Virus record (IMG/VR): IMGVR_UViG_3300031555_010707
Length of the DNA: 64,000 nt
Origin: a virus
Taxonomy: Duplodnaviria; Heunggongvirae; Uroviricota; Caudoviricetes
Strand: one strand, 5' to 3'
In this document: positions 37,768 through 46,650 of the stretch, one piece after another
How the letters are laid out: each line of letters starts with the position of its first letter
Numbering within the stretch: position 1 is the stretch's first letter
Position numbers and translations under genes: made by a program
The notes under the pieces: generated by a model
What the model was told of the DNA's origin: nothing
Seen by the model: the letters and a program-made list of their open reading frames with translations, nothing else
Database searches by the model: none

Positions 37768-38016
37768 TCAGGCGGCAACTACGCGATAGACATCGACAGA
37801 ACTGGGAATAGCACCGCCAGCGTCATTGACGAGGAACATCTCATCATTGAAATCCAGCGCGGCATACATGACGCCAATGATGGACTTGGCGTTGACTCGA
37901 TGATCTCCATTGAAGTTTTCAATGGAAAAATCATCACTGTGACTACACAGAGCCTGAACCAGACCCATAGCGTCATTTTGATTATTCAGTCGAATATGAG
38001 CTCGAATATGAGCCAT
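37768..38016 (-). CDS. HPr-like phosphocarrier-fold protein lacking the catalytic His15
   Basis: LVQALCSHSDDFSIENFNGDHRVNAKSIIGVMYAALDFNDEMFLVNDAGGA aligns to the HPr [35 protein letters not shown]...ISASGAD. AAAGGAGA lies 8 nt upstream of ATG 38016. Confidence 0.5.
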   Translation of the reverse strand: MAHIRAHIRLNNQNDAMGLVQALCSHSDDFSIENFNGDHRVNAKSIIGVMYAALDFNDEMFLVNDAGGAIPSSVDVYRVVAA

Positions 38017-38296
38017 TGAATATCTCTCCTTTATCTGTATGATGGAAATGCGCATATTTCCATCTTTCTTGTATATTAGCAAAAGTGACAGGGGTGCCAA
38101 ACAGATGGAAAAATCGCGCTTTTCAGGCATGGTCAGAATCAAACAGTTGGATTTTTCGCATCAGAAGGACGGTCATCAGGTTGTTCGATATACTCAAGGT
38201 AATCTTGTTCAGATGCAAAGAGGATCATGTTATCCTGAACTCTTCCCATATATCCATGCTGCGTGAAGTATCCGTAAGGCATGATTGCACCTCCGA

Positions 38297-38320
38297 TTTA
38301 GAACCAACTCGGTTCTAAAA
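38297..38320. promoter_or_regulatory. Palindromic operator-like site TTTAGAACC-N6-GGTTCTAAA
   Basis: Perfect 9-bp inverted half-sites; a second copy lies at 54389..54413. Confidence 0.5.
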
Positions 38321-38487
38321 TTGAGTTCTGACACCTCGAAAAGCCTTGAAATACGGGACTTTTCAAGATTTGCCCCGTAAGGAAAAATGGTCACATTTCT
38401 TGTTCCTTTAGTAGACCATAGAAAGCCGAAGTTACGAGCTTCTTATAAGATCGTTTATCCAGCTTTCTTATGGCCAGAAGGAGGAAA

Positions 38488-39630
38488 TCACGGGTCGCCA
38501 CGAAGGTCTGCTCGAATCATTCGGACAAGATTCACCTCGTACTTCTTGTTCAGATGATCGATGACGTAGGTGATGTAGTCCTTCTCGACCATCTTGTAAT
38601 ACGACTTGAGTCCATTTAGTGCGCAGACATCGTGCAGATCCCATTTGATTCCGCGTTTTCTGTCCTGAATGTAATTGGTACACATTGCTTTGAAACGTTT
38701 CTTGGCCTGATACCCTACGGTAATCTGGTTATTCCTGTTCAGCATCAATCCAAGATTCCAGTTACGACCGGAGCTGGAACCGTACCTCGTCTTAGCAGAC
38801 TTGATCTTGAACGGAGCATTGAATCGTGCAAGGGTCGCATCGATTTCCTTCACCATTCCCAAAGGGTCAAATTCGTATCTGCTGGAAATCTGAATATCGT
38901 CTGCGAAACGGGTATAAATAAAGCCCTTCTTGCGAAGAGCGTTGAAAAGGGCATGGTCGATGGGGATCATCATCAGGTTTGTCAGCATTGGAGAAATCGG
39001 AGTGCCTTGCGGAAGACCTCCATTCAGGAAACATAAGTCCATCGCTTTGCTGAGCACCTGCTTTCCCTTTTCGTCCTTCATGATTTCGCTGAAAGGAAAG
39101 ATGATGTCCATCATTCCGAGGATAAACTCGATGGTCGTACTTCCGAAGAAATCGGAGAAGTCTGTCTTTTCGAACCACTTGCTTTCATTCGCCTGATGTT
39201 TCTTCATTGCATCAAGTGTATTGCGATGCTTCACATAGGCAAAAGCGGACGTGTGATACAACGCAAACATCTTATCTTCGAAGATGGACTTGAGTTCCCT
39301 CAGTGCTTCCATCAAAGGTTCATGCGGTGCATTGATCCAGCGAAGGCCGCCAGACTTCTTGGGAATTGGAAAGGTTTCGTAAAGAGAAGCACGCTTTGCG
39401 CCATACAGAGCTTCGTGCTTCTTTACAAACTCCTCTAAGACACGAATCATCGAAGGAATATCCGACCGGCGAACGACATCCTCATTGACTGTTTCATAGA
39501 ACCTGGTGACTGTGGCTGAAACATCCTTTGACTCGGGTGAAATGTTATCGACGTTGACTTCACCCTTCAGGATTTCCTCCAGTGTTATCTGATGGGTTCT
39601 GGGAGTTTGCATTATAGTAATGTAAGGCAA
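38488..39630 (-). CDS. Retron-type reverse transcriptase
   Basis: Collinear with Ec86 RT: HRNTLDAMKKHQANESKWFEKTDFSDFF, GLPQGTPISPMLTNL, YTRFADDIQI and AKTRYGSSSGRNWNLGLML match. TTG start with AAGGAGG 8 nt upstream. Confidence 0.75.
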   Translation of the reverse strand: MPYITIMQTPRTHQITLEEILKGEVNVDNISPESKDVSATVTRFYETVNEDVVRRSDIPSMIRVLEEFVKKHEALYGAKRASLYETFPIPKKSGGLRWINAPHEPLMEALRELKSIFEDKMFALYHTSAFAYVKHRNTLDAMKKHQANESKWFEKTDFSDFFGSTTIEFILGMMDIIFPFSEIMKDEKGKQVLSKAMDLCFLNGGLPQGTPISPMLTNLMMIPIDHALFNALRKKGFIYTRFADDIQISSRYEFDPLGMVKEIDATLARFNAPFKIKSAKTRYGSSSGRNWNLGLMLNRNNQITVGYQAKKRFKAMCTNYIQDRKRGIKWDLHDVCALNGLKSYYKMVEKDYITYVIDHLNKKYEVNLVRMIRADLRGDP

Positions 39631-39965
39631 TGCAAATACCTCCTTTACTCTTCATGATCTGCAATCTAACATATGTGGTGTGCCTGCTGCGCCAGCTGCT
39701 GAGGAGGTGTCTTCCAGGGACTGGGGAGCTTGGGAACTCTGATGCAGGGCGTGCAGGTCTGGGGAGGTCAGGGTTTTGACGTGTCGAGGCGTTCGTTTGC
39801 CTGTGAGATCTTGGTTCTGAGATTGTGCGATGAGCCTCGGGACGTTGTGTGGCGTGAGTGTTCGAGCTGGAGTCGAGCCCTGAAGGCGCCATGGCCACTG
39901 GGAGGCAGGCCTCCGTCGTCCTGACCTTTTGTTACGCCGGATTACACCTCGACGCATTCAATCAA
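39631..39965 (-). ncRNA. Candidate retron ncRNA (msr/msd-like) or structured 5' leader of the RT gene
   Basis: About 330 nt, GC-rich and noncoding, directly upstream of the RT. A TGTATAAT -10 box lies at its upstream end. A candidate a1/a2 pair, gaggtgt ... acacctc, flanks it. Confidence 0.3.
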
Positions 39966-39986
39966 GAGATTGAATTATACATTGCA
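39915..39986. repeat. Conserved leader element, copy B
   Basis: See copy A at 28081..28160. Confidence 0.6.
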
Positions 39987-39996
39987 GATTTAGGTT

Positions 39997-40749
39997 TTAC
40001 TTCAAGAGCTGATGAAGTTCATCAGTAATCTCTTTTACCACTTCTTCAGGCGGAAGAACATAATAGTATCCGTCCAGCGGACTGAATTCAACGGAACACT
40101 CGCCATCGAGACGCAGGAAAGGAACGATGTTGCACTCTGAGGCAGGACAGTGATTAGCGAACCTTCCGCGACGATCTACGGCGCAGAGTCCAGTATTCAC
40201 CGCAGTTCTGAACAGAAGGTTTACAGGTGTAACAGCACCGCGAACGAAAAGAGCCAGCTGTTCGCCCTCGGTCAGATCTTCGCCACCATACAGCTGACTT
40301 CTGGACAGCATACTGACTTTGAGCGTTGTCTTGACCTGTTCCCCATACTTCCGCTTAAATCCGACGGGCACAGAAGTAACGATTTCATGGGGCGTAATCA
40401 TCTTGCGCTCCCATGCTTCGAACAAACTCAGGAAACCGGGGCGATTCTTCAGAGTGTTATCAGCCACATCCGTTTCGTGCTGAGGCTTGAACCAGTCATT
40501 TTCACTGGCATTCAGGAACTGGCAGATATTCGTCTGAGGGAAGAAGTTACTTCCGCGTTCACGGCGGTCACGGCTTTCATTCTCAGGCTCCTGGGCATCA
40601 GCGCAGAACTTTCCAATGCCATCATTCACATAGAAATCGTTCTGCTCAGATGCTTTTCTCCAAAGGAGGTTGATGGGTGTCCGCTCGCCGCTTCGGAGAA
40701 ACTGACCAAAGACCAGATATTCTCCAACGGGAATTTCGGAAATCTTCAT
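39997..40749 (-). CDS. Hypothetical protein
   Basis: 250-aa ORF. Confidence 0.4.
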   Translation of the reverse strand: MKISEIPVGEYLVFGQFLRSGERTPINLLWRKASEQNDFYVNDGIGKFCADAQEPENESRDRRERGSNFFPQTNICQFLNASENDWFKPQHETDVADNTLKNRPGFLSLFEAWERKMITPHEIVTSVPVGFKRKYGEQVKTTLKVSMLSRSQLYGGEDLTEGEQLALFVRGAVTPVNLLFRTAVNTGLCAVDRRGRFANHCPASECNIVPFLRLDGECSVEFSPLDGYYYVLPPEEVVKEITDELHQLLK

Positions 40750-40760
40750 GACTTACCTCC

Positions 40761-41432
40761 TTAAAAAGCGTCGATTGCGTAGCTAAACGCATCGGCCAGG
40801 ATCAGCTTGCGAAGCGGGCCGCCCTTTGCAAAGTTGATAAAGTTGGACACACCCGCCGCTACGATCATTCGAACCGTAGGCGCAACAGACAGGGTGATAT
40901 TGCAGGCGGAAACCGGAGTCTCCTTCTTGGCTTCCTCGTGGGAGAATGCCATAGACTTCAGGAAGGCGTCCACCATTTTTTCATCATTCCATGCGGCAGC
41001 GTAGTGCTGAGCATCGGTCAGACGCATACGGAAATCGAACATGCCTTTGATGAAAGGATTGCCAACGCAAGCCTTGGCGATGTCGCGGCGGAGGTCGATA
41101 TTATCCACACAGAGGAATACATAGCCAGAAAGGCGCTGGTTGGTATAGCCCTTATGTACCAGAACGAGGTCATCCTTCATTTCCGGATTGATCTTGAGCA
41201 GATATTCTGCGACTGCATCAACCTTCATCTTACCAATGTCATCCTGCGTGAACATCTGATTGGCGATATTGTGAGCTTCGACCTTATCGAAGTCGTAAAG
41301 AGTGATCTTCGTCAGGCCAAAGCGAGCCAGGTTTTCAGCGACCGTGGAGCCGATAGCTCCACAGCCGATAATATGAATGCGCTCACGGCACATTTCGGGT
41401 TTGAAGAATTCATAAGACTTGGAAAGATCCAT
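40761..41432 (-). CDS. ThiF/MoeB-family E1-like adenylyltransferase
   Basis: RIHIIGCGAIGSTVAENLARFGLTKITLYDFDKVEAHNIANQ Rossmann fold. GGGAGG 7 nt upstream of ATG 41432. Confidence 0.65.
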   Translation of the reverse strand: MDLSKSYEFFKPEMCRERIHIIGCGAIGSTVAENLARFGLTKITLYDFDKVEAHNIANQMFTQDDIGKMKVDAVAEYLLKINPEMKDDLVLVHKGYTNQRLSGYVFLCVDNIDLRRDIAKACVGNPFIKGMFDFRMRLTDAQHYAAAWNDEKMVDAFLKSMAFSHEEAKKETPVSACNITLSVAPTVRMIVAAGVSNFINFAKGGPLRKLILADAFSYAIDAF

Positions 41433-41445
41433 GACTAAACCTCCC

Positions 41446-41727
41446 TTAGTTTTCTTCGTTGATGATGATACCACCTTGGATGATAACGCGCTTGCCGTTG
41501 ATGTCGAAATATACTTCATCGGTGCTATCGCTAACATCAAACTTGCCCGACCATGATTTAATCATGTCTCCGTCGTAGCTATAGACAGAAACGGTACGAT
41601 TGAGGCCGCCGCCCCAGTTGCTTTCATACGACTTGACAGTGCGCTTCCATCCTTCCGTGCAACCGGTAAGGCAAAAGAGCATCACGATCAGGACGGCAAC
41701 GAGAATGATCTTTTTCATGTGACTCAT
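41446..41727 (-). CDS. Small lipoprotein
   Basis: Signal peptide MKKIILVAVLIVMLFCLTGC with a lipobox. Confidence 0.45.
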   Translation of the reverse strand: MSHMKKIILVAVLIVMLFCLTGCTEGWKRTVKSYESNWGGGLNRTVSVYSYDGDMIKSWSGKFDVSDSTDEVYFDINGKRVIIQGGIIINEEN

Positions 41728-41737
41728 TCCCCTTTTC

Positions 41738-42724
41738 TTAAGTGTCAAATCGATGGTCGCCGAAAATTTCCTTATCCCAGTCTACGGAAGCATTGTTGCC
41801 GCCAAAGTATCCGGGATAGCCCGCCATGCTCATCTGGCTGGGTTCGGCACTGGCCTTTTCGGGATTCTTCGGAGGACGCCCCTTCTTACCCTTGGGCTTC
41901 TCTTCCCCTTTTTCCTTACCCTTGGGCGTGACATTGCCTTTCACGGGCTCGATCTTGGCAGGCTGCTTCACAGGCTCGTCATCATCCATATAGGCCAAAC
42001 GGCTTCCGCCGTAGTTGCCGCCGTAATTACCACCGTAGCTTCCGCCATAGTTTCCTCCATATGCACTGCCCGGAGTATAGGTCTTGCGAGTGACCACATG
42101 GTCGGATTCGGCAATGAAAGATTCGACATCGAATTCATCATTGGCAATGCTGACAACGATGTCCTTATCCTCGTACATGACATTGTTGGCGTAATCGTAA
42201 ATCTTGATGGTGTGATCCAGACGCTTGTTCCAGATCATGAAAATGTAGTAGTCATCATCCTTGAGCTGGGCAAGAATCTGCTGCTGGTGGTTGGTGTCAA
42301 CACCGGAAGGAGAAGTTCCCATGTTGACGTGGGAATGACCCTGCATACGCATGGCGTTATAGTAATCGTCATCCAGAGTCATCATCCACTTCTGATACTC
42401 TTCCTGGTCAGTGTTGACCGTAGAACCGGTGACGGTCTGAGGATAGACCACCACATCGGTAATGATGAAGGTATCTTCGTCTTCGCGCTTAACGGTGCCA
42501 TGCCATGCGACCTCGGAATCGAAATGCTTCAGGAGAGTCAGCATCTTGACATAGGCCATCGGCGTGAAAACCACATATGCCTTCGTATCATCCTCACCGG
42601 TGTAATCAAAGCTCTTGGTAAAGGTAATCTTGCCATCGGACATCTTCGCATCCGTGACATTCTTGCGGAACTCCTCGACCATATTGTCGATATATTCCTT
42701 GGTCAGAAAAATCGGCTTAGACAT
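41738..42724 (-). CDS. JAB/MPN (JAMM) metalloprotease-domain protein with a low-complexity GGNYGG-repeat and Lys-rich C-terminus
   Basis: HSHVNMGTSPSGVD is HxHx7Sx2D. AGGAGG 6 nt upstream of ATG 42724. Confidence 0.6.
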   Translation of the reverse strand: MSKPIFLTKEYIDNMVEEFRKNVTDAKMSDGKITFTKSFDYTGEDDTKAYVVFTPMAYVKMLTLLKHFDSEVAWHGTVKREDEDTFIITDVVVYPQTVTGSTVNTDQEEYQKWMMTLDDDYYNAMRMQGHSHVNMGTSPSGVDTNHQQQILAQLKDDDYYIFMIWNKRLDHTIKIYDYANNVMYEDKDIVVSIANDEFDVESFIAESDHVVTRKTYTPGSAYGGNYGGSYGGNYGGNYGGSRLAYMDDDEPVKQPAKIEPVKGNVTPKGKEKGEEKPKGKKGRPPKNPEKASAEPSQMSMAGYPGYFGGNNASVDWDKEIFGDHRFDT

Positions 42725-44180
42725 TTTCTTCCTCCTTCTTGGCATCCAAGCTGTTGAGATATTCGAGAGCTTCGACAGGAGTCACGTCTCGACCATCGGG
42801 CAGTCGGATGATGCGGTGGGTACTGGTAAATACATCGTTCAGGAAATAGCGGACAGTGTGAGCTTCGGCAAAATTCAAGCTCTTTGCGGAAGCCATGCAC
42901 TGCTCGATGGCACCTATGAGATTTCCGTCCCGGATCATCCTGTTGATGTACGATCTGTAATTACCCAAGCAGGCAAAATGCTGGATATGCGGATTCGGGA
43001 TATAATCGATGAACTCGTCTCCATACTCGTAGAAACGATGGGCCGATGCTTCTCCGCGCAGATCGATAATGTAGTTCGCGCACATCTTAACCTTCAGGAT
43101 GGGTTCGTCCGAGAAAATGGCATCCAGCATCTTGCGTCGAACCGCAATATCCTCAAACTGAGGAAGGTAATCGTACCCGGTGTACAAGCAAGAACCGGTT
43201 TTGCGAATGTAGGTATTGTATTGTTCGGGGTCGAATATTTCGAAGAAGGTTTTGACAGTAAACTCCATCTGACGCCCCCGCACACGAACGGGCATCAGGT
43301 TTCGGTTGCAGACAAAATAGTCGATCAGTTCAGATTCATCAGATGCAGCTTCGATTGCCATTTCCTGGCCGGCCAGACGGATGTTCAAGTCATCGAGCAT
43401 GGTCAGATATTCATGATACCTTCTATTCAGATTATCAATCTGATTCTGGTAATCAGTGATCTGATCTTTAGTGCGCTGCATTTCTTCACGGCGACCGATC
43501 TTATCAAAATCGCCGATAACGTTCTTAATCATGTGCTCACGGAAATCGATTCGATCCGCCAGCAGGGAGAGAATACGCTCATACTCAGTAGCATTACGGA
43601 ATGTAAGCGCATCAAGCAGGGAACCTTCCACTTCATCAAGCGGAATATCGGAGAAAAACCAGGGAAAAAGACGAGGAGTCAGGGACTGGAGGAGATGGAA
43701 GTTACAGAGCGTCAGGCCTTCGCACACAATGAAAGTTTCCTTGTCCTGCTCATTGATGTAAAAGCGGGCATTGAGCTTTCCACGATTCTGTACAAAAACC
43801 TGAAGGTCTTTTGCTTCATGGTAATTAGGGAATACCTTGGTAAAGCCGGATTCAGTGTTATCGTACAGGCTCAGGATGGCGGCATTGTCATTGGACGGGC
43901 CTACAAGATAACGAATCGAGAGGGTGTTGGCACCAAAGGGCACCGGAGAGATGCGCGTAAAAACGCCTGCGAGATTGGTAAAGGTATGCGAACCATATCC
44001 ATAGGAATCGAAACTGCGAATAGACAGGTTTATGTCCGCACCGTTGGAGCGTCTATGAAGCAGGGCTCTCAGCGTTGCCAGAAAAGACCTGTCGTCATTA
44101 AAGTAATCGCCGTGAATCTTAAAGAATTCATTGGCGATACCCCGTACCAACGGAGTCTCTCTGATCTTCTTATTAAACAT
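42717..44180 (-). CDS. Hypothetical protein
   Basis: 487-aa ORF. Confidence 0.45.
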   Translation of the reverse strand: MFNKKIRETPLVRGIANEFFKIHGDYFNDDRSFLATLRALLHRRSNGADINLSIRSFDSYGYGSHTFTNLAGVFTRISPVPFGANTLSIRYLVGPSNDNAAILSLYDNTESGFTKVFPNYHEAKDLQVFVQNRGKLNARFYINEQDKETFIVCEGLTLCNFHLLQSLTPRLFPWFFSDIPLDEVEGSLLDALTFRNATEYERILSLLADRIDFREHMIKNVIGDFDKIGRREEMQRTKDQITDYQNQIDNLNRRYHEYLTMLDDLNIRLAGQEMAIEAASDESELIDYFVCNRNLMPVRVRGRQMEFTVKTFFEIFDPEQYNTYIRKTGSCLYTGYDYLPQFEDIAVRRKMLDAIFSDEPILKVKMCANYIIDLRGEASAHRFYEYGDEFIDYIPNPHIQHFACLGNYRSYINRMIRDGNLIGAIEQCMASAKSLNFAEAHTVRYFLNDVFTSTHRIIRLPDGRDVTPVEALEYLNSLDAKKEEENV

Positions 44181-44278
44181 ATTGCACCCACCTTAATGTA
44201 GCGACTCCCTCCCGACACATCGCCGAGAGGGAGTCTAAATCTATTTGGGGATATGAAGGAAACCCGGAGAGGGAAGGA

Positions 44279-44899
44279 TTACATCACAGTGATGGTGTCG
44301 CTGATGGCCTTCTTCTCTTCCTTGACTTCGGTCAGAGCAGCTTCGAACTGCTTCTCAACCTTGTTCAGGTTCAGAACGGCGACGCCGATATGCTCTTCCG
44401 CCCACTTCTTCGCATCCTCGGTGCCATCGGGGATCATCATGGTGATGGTCGCCTTGCCGTCCTTGGAAGACTGCGGGCCGAAAGCAGCGCCGTAGGCGTT
44501 GATGGAACCGGTGCCCTTCGCGGTAGTACCGATGCGGAAAACCTCCTCCTTCTTGCCGGCTTCACCTTCGAACAGGCTCAGGGTCTTGGGACGATACTTT
44601 TCCAGAGTCTTGATGTCGGCCAGGGAATGAGCAGACTCGATGACACAGGCAGAACCCGCAATCTTGATGTAGGCGGCGTTGTCAGCCTTGACGACGTTCA
44701 ACAGGTAGCACTTCTCGGTGATACCGAAATCAGCGAAGGTCTTGTCCAGATCGCCGGCGCCCAGAGTGGAGCCATCCAGAGAGGTCATGCCGACGGTGTA
44801 GTCGATATTGTTGTTCTCCAGGGCGGTACGCAGGGTGGTGTTTTCGTCGATGATAACAGACTGGCGGGACAGATTGTTGCCGATAGTAACCTTAATCAT
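44279..44899 (-). CDS. Hypothetical protein; the N-terminal 75 aa look beta-grasp-like
   Basis: AAGGAGA upstream; MIKVTIGNN... Confidence 0.4.
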   Translation of the reverse strand: MIKVTIGNNLSRQSVIIDENTTLRTALENNNIDYTVGMTSLDGSTLGAGDLDKTFADFGITEKCYLLNVVKADNAAYIKIAGSACVIESAHSLADIKTLEKYRPKTLSLFEGEAGKKEEVFRIGTTAKGTGSINAYGAAFGPQSSKDGKATITMMIPDGTEDAKKWAEEHIGVAVLNLNKVEKQFEAALTEVKEEKKAISDTITVM

Positions 44900-45275
44900 G
44901 GTGAAATCTCCTTTACTTCATGCAGATTATGTAGTGATGCCCTTCATGGGCTTTAGAGGCAGGGGCAGAACCTTGGGCTGAAAACCGGGCTGGCTGGTGG
45001 GAGAACGAGAACGCTGCTTCATGTCAGTTCCTTTCTGGACATCTTGTCCGTAGATGGAGAAAACAGTGTCGTGATTACAGACGGTGTGGATACCTCTGTA
45101 ACCTTGGCTCTGCGTTTTTCACGGGCTTGCCACCGTCTGCTCATGCAGGCCGCATTAAGGCTGAAAAATCAGAGGGATTCAGCCTGATTGGCGAACCCCT
45201 CTGAACCACAAACGTCATTTATTCATATATACCAGCGGAATAGAGCCGCCAGTTCGCAACAGCAATCTTAGGCAT

Positions 45276-45470
45276 CTACTTGCCAGTAGCCGATACAAAC
45301 CAGCGCATTTTGAAAACCCTACAGGGAGAAAAGCTCTCCACCTGGCGGAAAGGTCGCAGGCTTTCCATGTCCTTGCAGGCATCGAGTCTGTTGATGGCGT
45401 CCGCCCGCCAGCTACAGCCGAAACCATAAGGATCATAAGAATCCCAGCAGAAGCACCAGTTATTTAACAT
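45276..45470 (-). CDS. Small Cys/Trp-rich peptide (64 aa)
   Basis: GGAGG 8 nt upstream of the ATG; CFCWDSYDPYGFGCSW. Confidence 0.25.
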   Translation of the reverse strand: MLNNWCFCWDSYDPYGFGCSWRADAINRLDACKDMESLRPFRQVESFSPCRVFKMRWFVSATGK

Positions 45471-45813
45471 CACGTTCACCTCCCTTCGAATTCTTTTCTC
45501 TCTGCGTTTCACCTGAACTACACCGGCTCGTCCAGGATTTGTTCGGCTTGAGACGAACCTTGGCCGCATTACGAAGGGGTAAGCGAGACGGGAAAACCGC
45601 TTACCCGCTCCCGGTCAATGGAAGAAAGCAACAAAAACCGGGAGGAAGAAAATGACAGCAAGAAACCAGACGGTTCCCAAGAGGGCTTCGCCCGCACATG
45701 CCATCACATGCTTGAAATTCTTACGGAAGAAATACCTCAGATCCATGCGAAAACGCTCCAAAGGCGATGCGCAATAGCGGCGACGATACATGCAATTCAC
45801 AGGAACCTTCCTT

Positions 45814-46188
45814 TCATTCACTGACCTCGTAGAGACTATTGACGATGACTTCATTGCCGTTCGAGTCTTCCACGATTGTGGGACGATGAATGGTAATGCC
45901 ATGATTTGCCAGAACCTCTTCAAACTCGTCTTTCAGAGATTCAAGCTCGTCCTGCAGAGCATAGCCTACCAGATCCTTCTCTTCAGGGGTATCTGCACCG
46001 ACTAAAGCGCAGATGAATTCCGTCATAAGCTCATCGATTTCACCTTCGCGCTGTTCGATGATCTCATAATCAACTTCCTCTTCATGCTTCGGAGGAAGAT
46101 ATGTCGGACGAGGATGAATTTCCTCGGGGATTTCGGGCTGTTGAACTACGGGCTGTGCATCCATAACGATGCTAATTTTTCGTGCCAT
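45814..46188 (-). CDS. Hypothetical acidic protein
   Basis: ORF. Confidence 0.35.
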   Translation of the reverse strand: MARKISIVMDAQPVVQQPEIPEEIHPRPTYLPPKHEEEVDYEIIEQREGEIDELMTEFICALVGADTPEEKDLVGYALQDELESLKDEFEEVLANHGITIHRPTIVEDSNGNEVIVNSLYEVSE

Positions 46189-46281
46189 TGCGTCACCTCC
46201 GTGAAAATTGGCAGAAAAAAGACGCTGTACGAAAATCGTCAGCGTCTTTCCATGAAACTATTCTTTTATTGCGGATTCGGC

Positions 46282-46638
46282 TTACTTGTGAACAAAAACA
46301 TTGGGAACCGTACAGGAGATACAGACATCGCCTTCGGAGGTGGTGTCAATAGTGATGGCGGAGCAAGCCTTCATAACCTCGCAGAACCTCAGAACCTTCT
46401 GATCGTATAGGTCGAAAACCAGGAAAGTTGCGGTAACTCCCCCATGCTCTTCCTTGGGTTTGAGCTTGACCGGCTCAACCTGACCGTCAAGGTCTTTTGC
46501 GGCATCCAGGAAAAACTCCAGGACTGCGATCAGCTTATCCATCTGGGGTTGATTGACAATATAGTCGGTATCCTTTCGGAAGCTGAGAACCTTGTTGTAC
46601 AGGATGTTCAGCCGCTGAATGTATTCTTCGTTGGTCAA
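46282..46638 (-). CDS. Hypothetical protein
   Basis: ORF. Confidence 0.35.
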   Translation of the reverse strand: MTNEEYIQRLNILYNKVLSFRKDTDYIVNQPQMDKLIAVLEFFLDAAKDLDGQVEPVKLKPKEEHGGVTATFLVFDLYDQKVLRFCEVMKACSAITIDTTSEGDVCISCTVPNVFVHK

Positions 46639-46650
46639 AACTTCACCTCC

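Noticed and set aside
38488-40000. A diversity-generating retroelement (TR/VR pair) around the RT.
   Set aside because: The RT has canonical QGxxxSP rather than the DGR-type motif. The only repeated element is noncoding, 11.8 kb away and not at the 3' end of a target gene. A full-genome repeat search is still needed to exclude a DGR completely.
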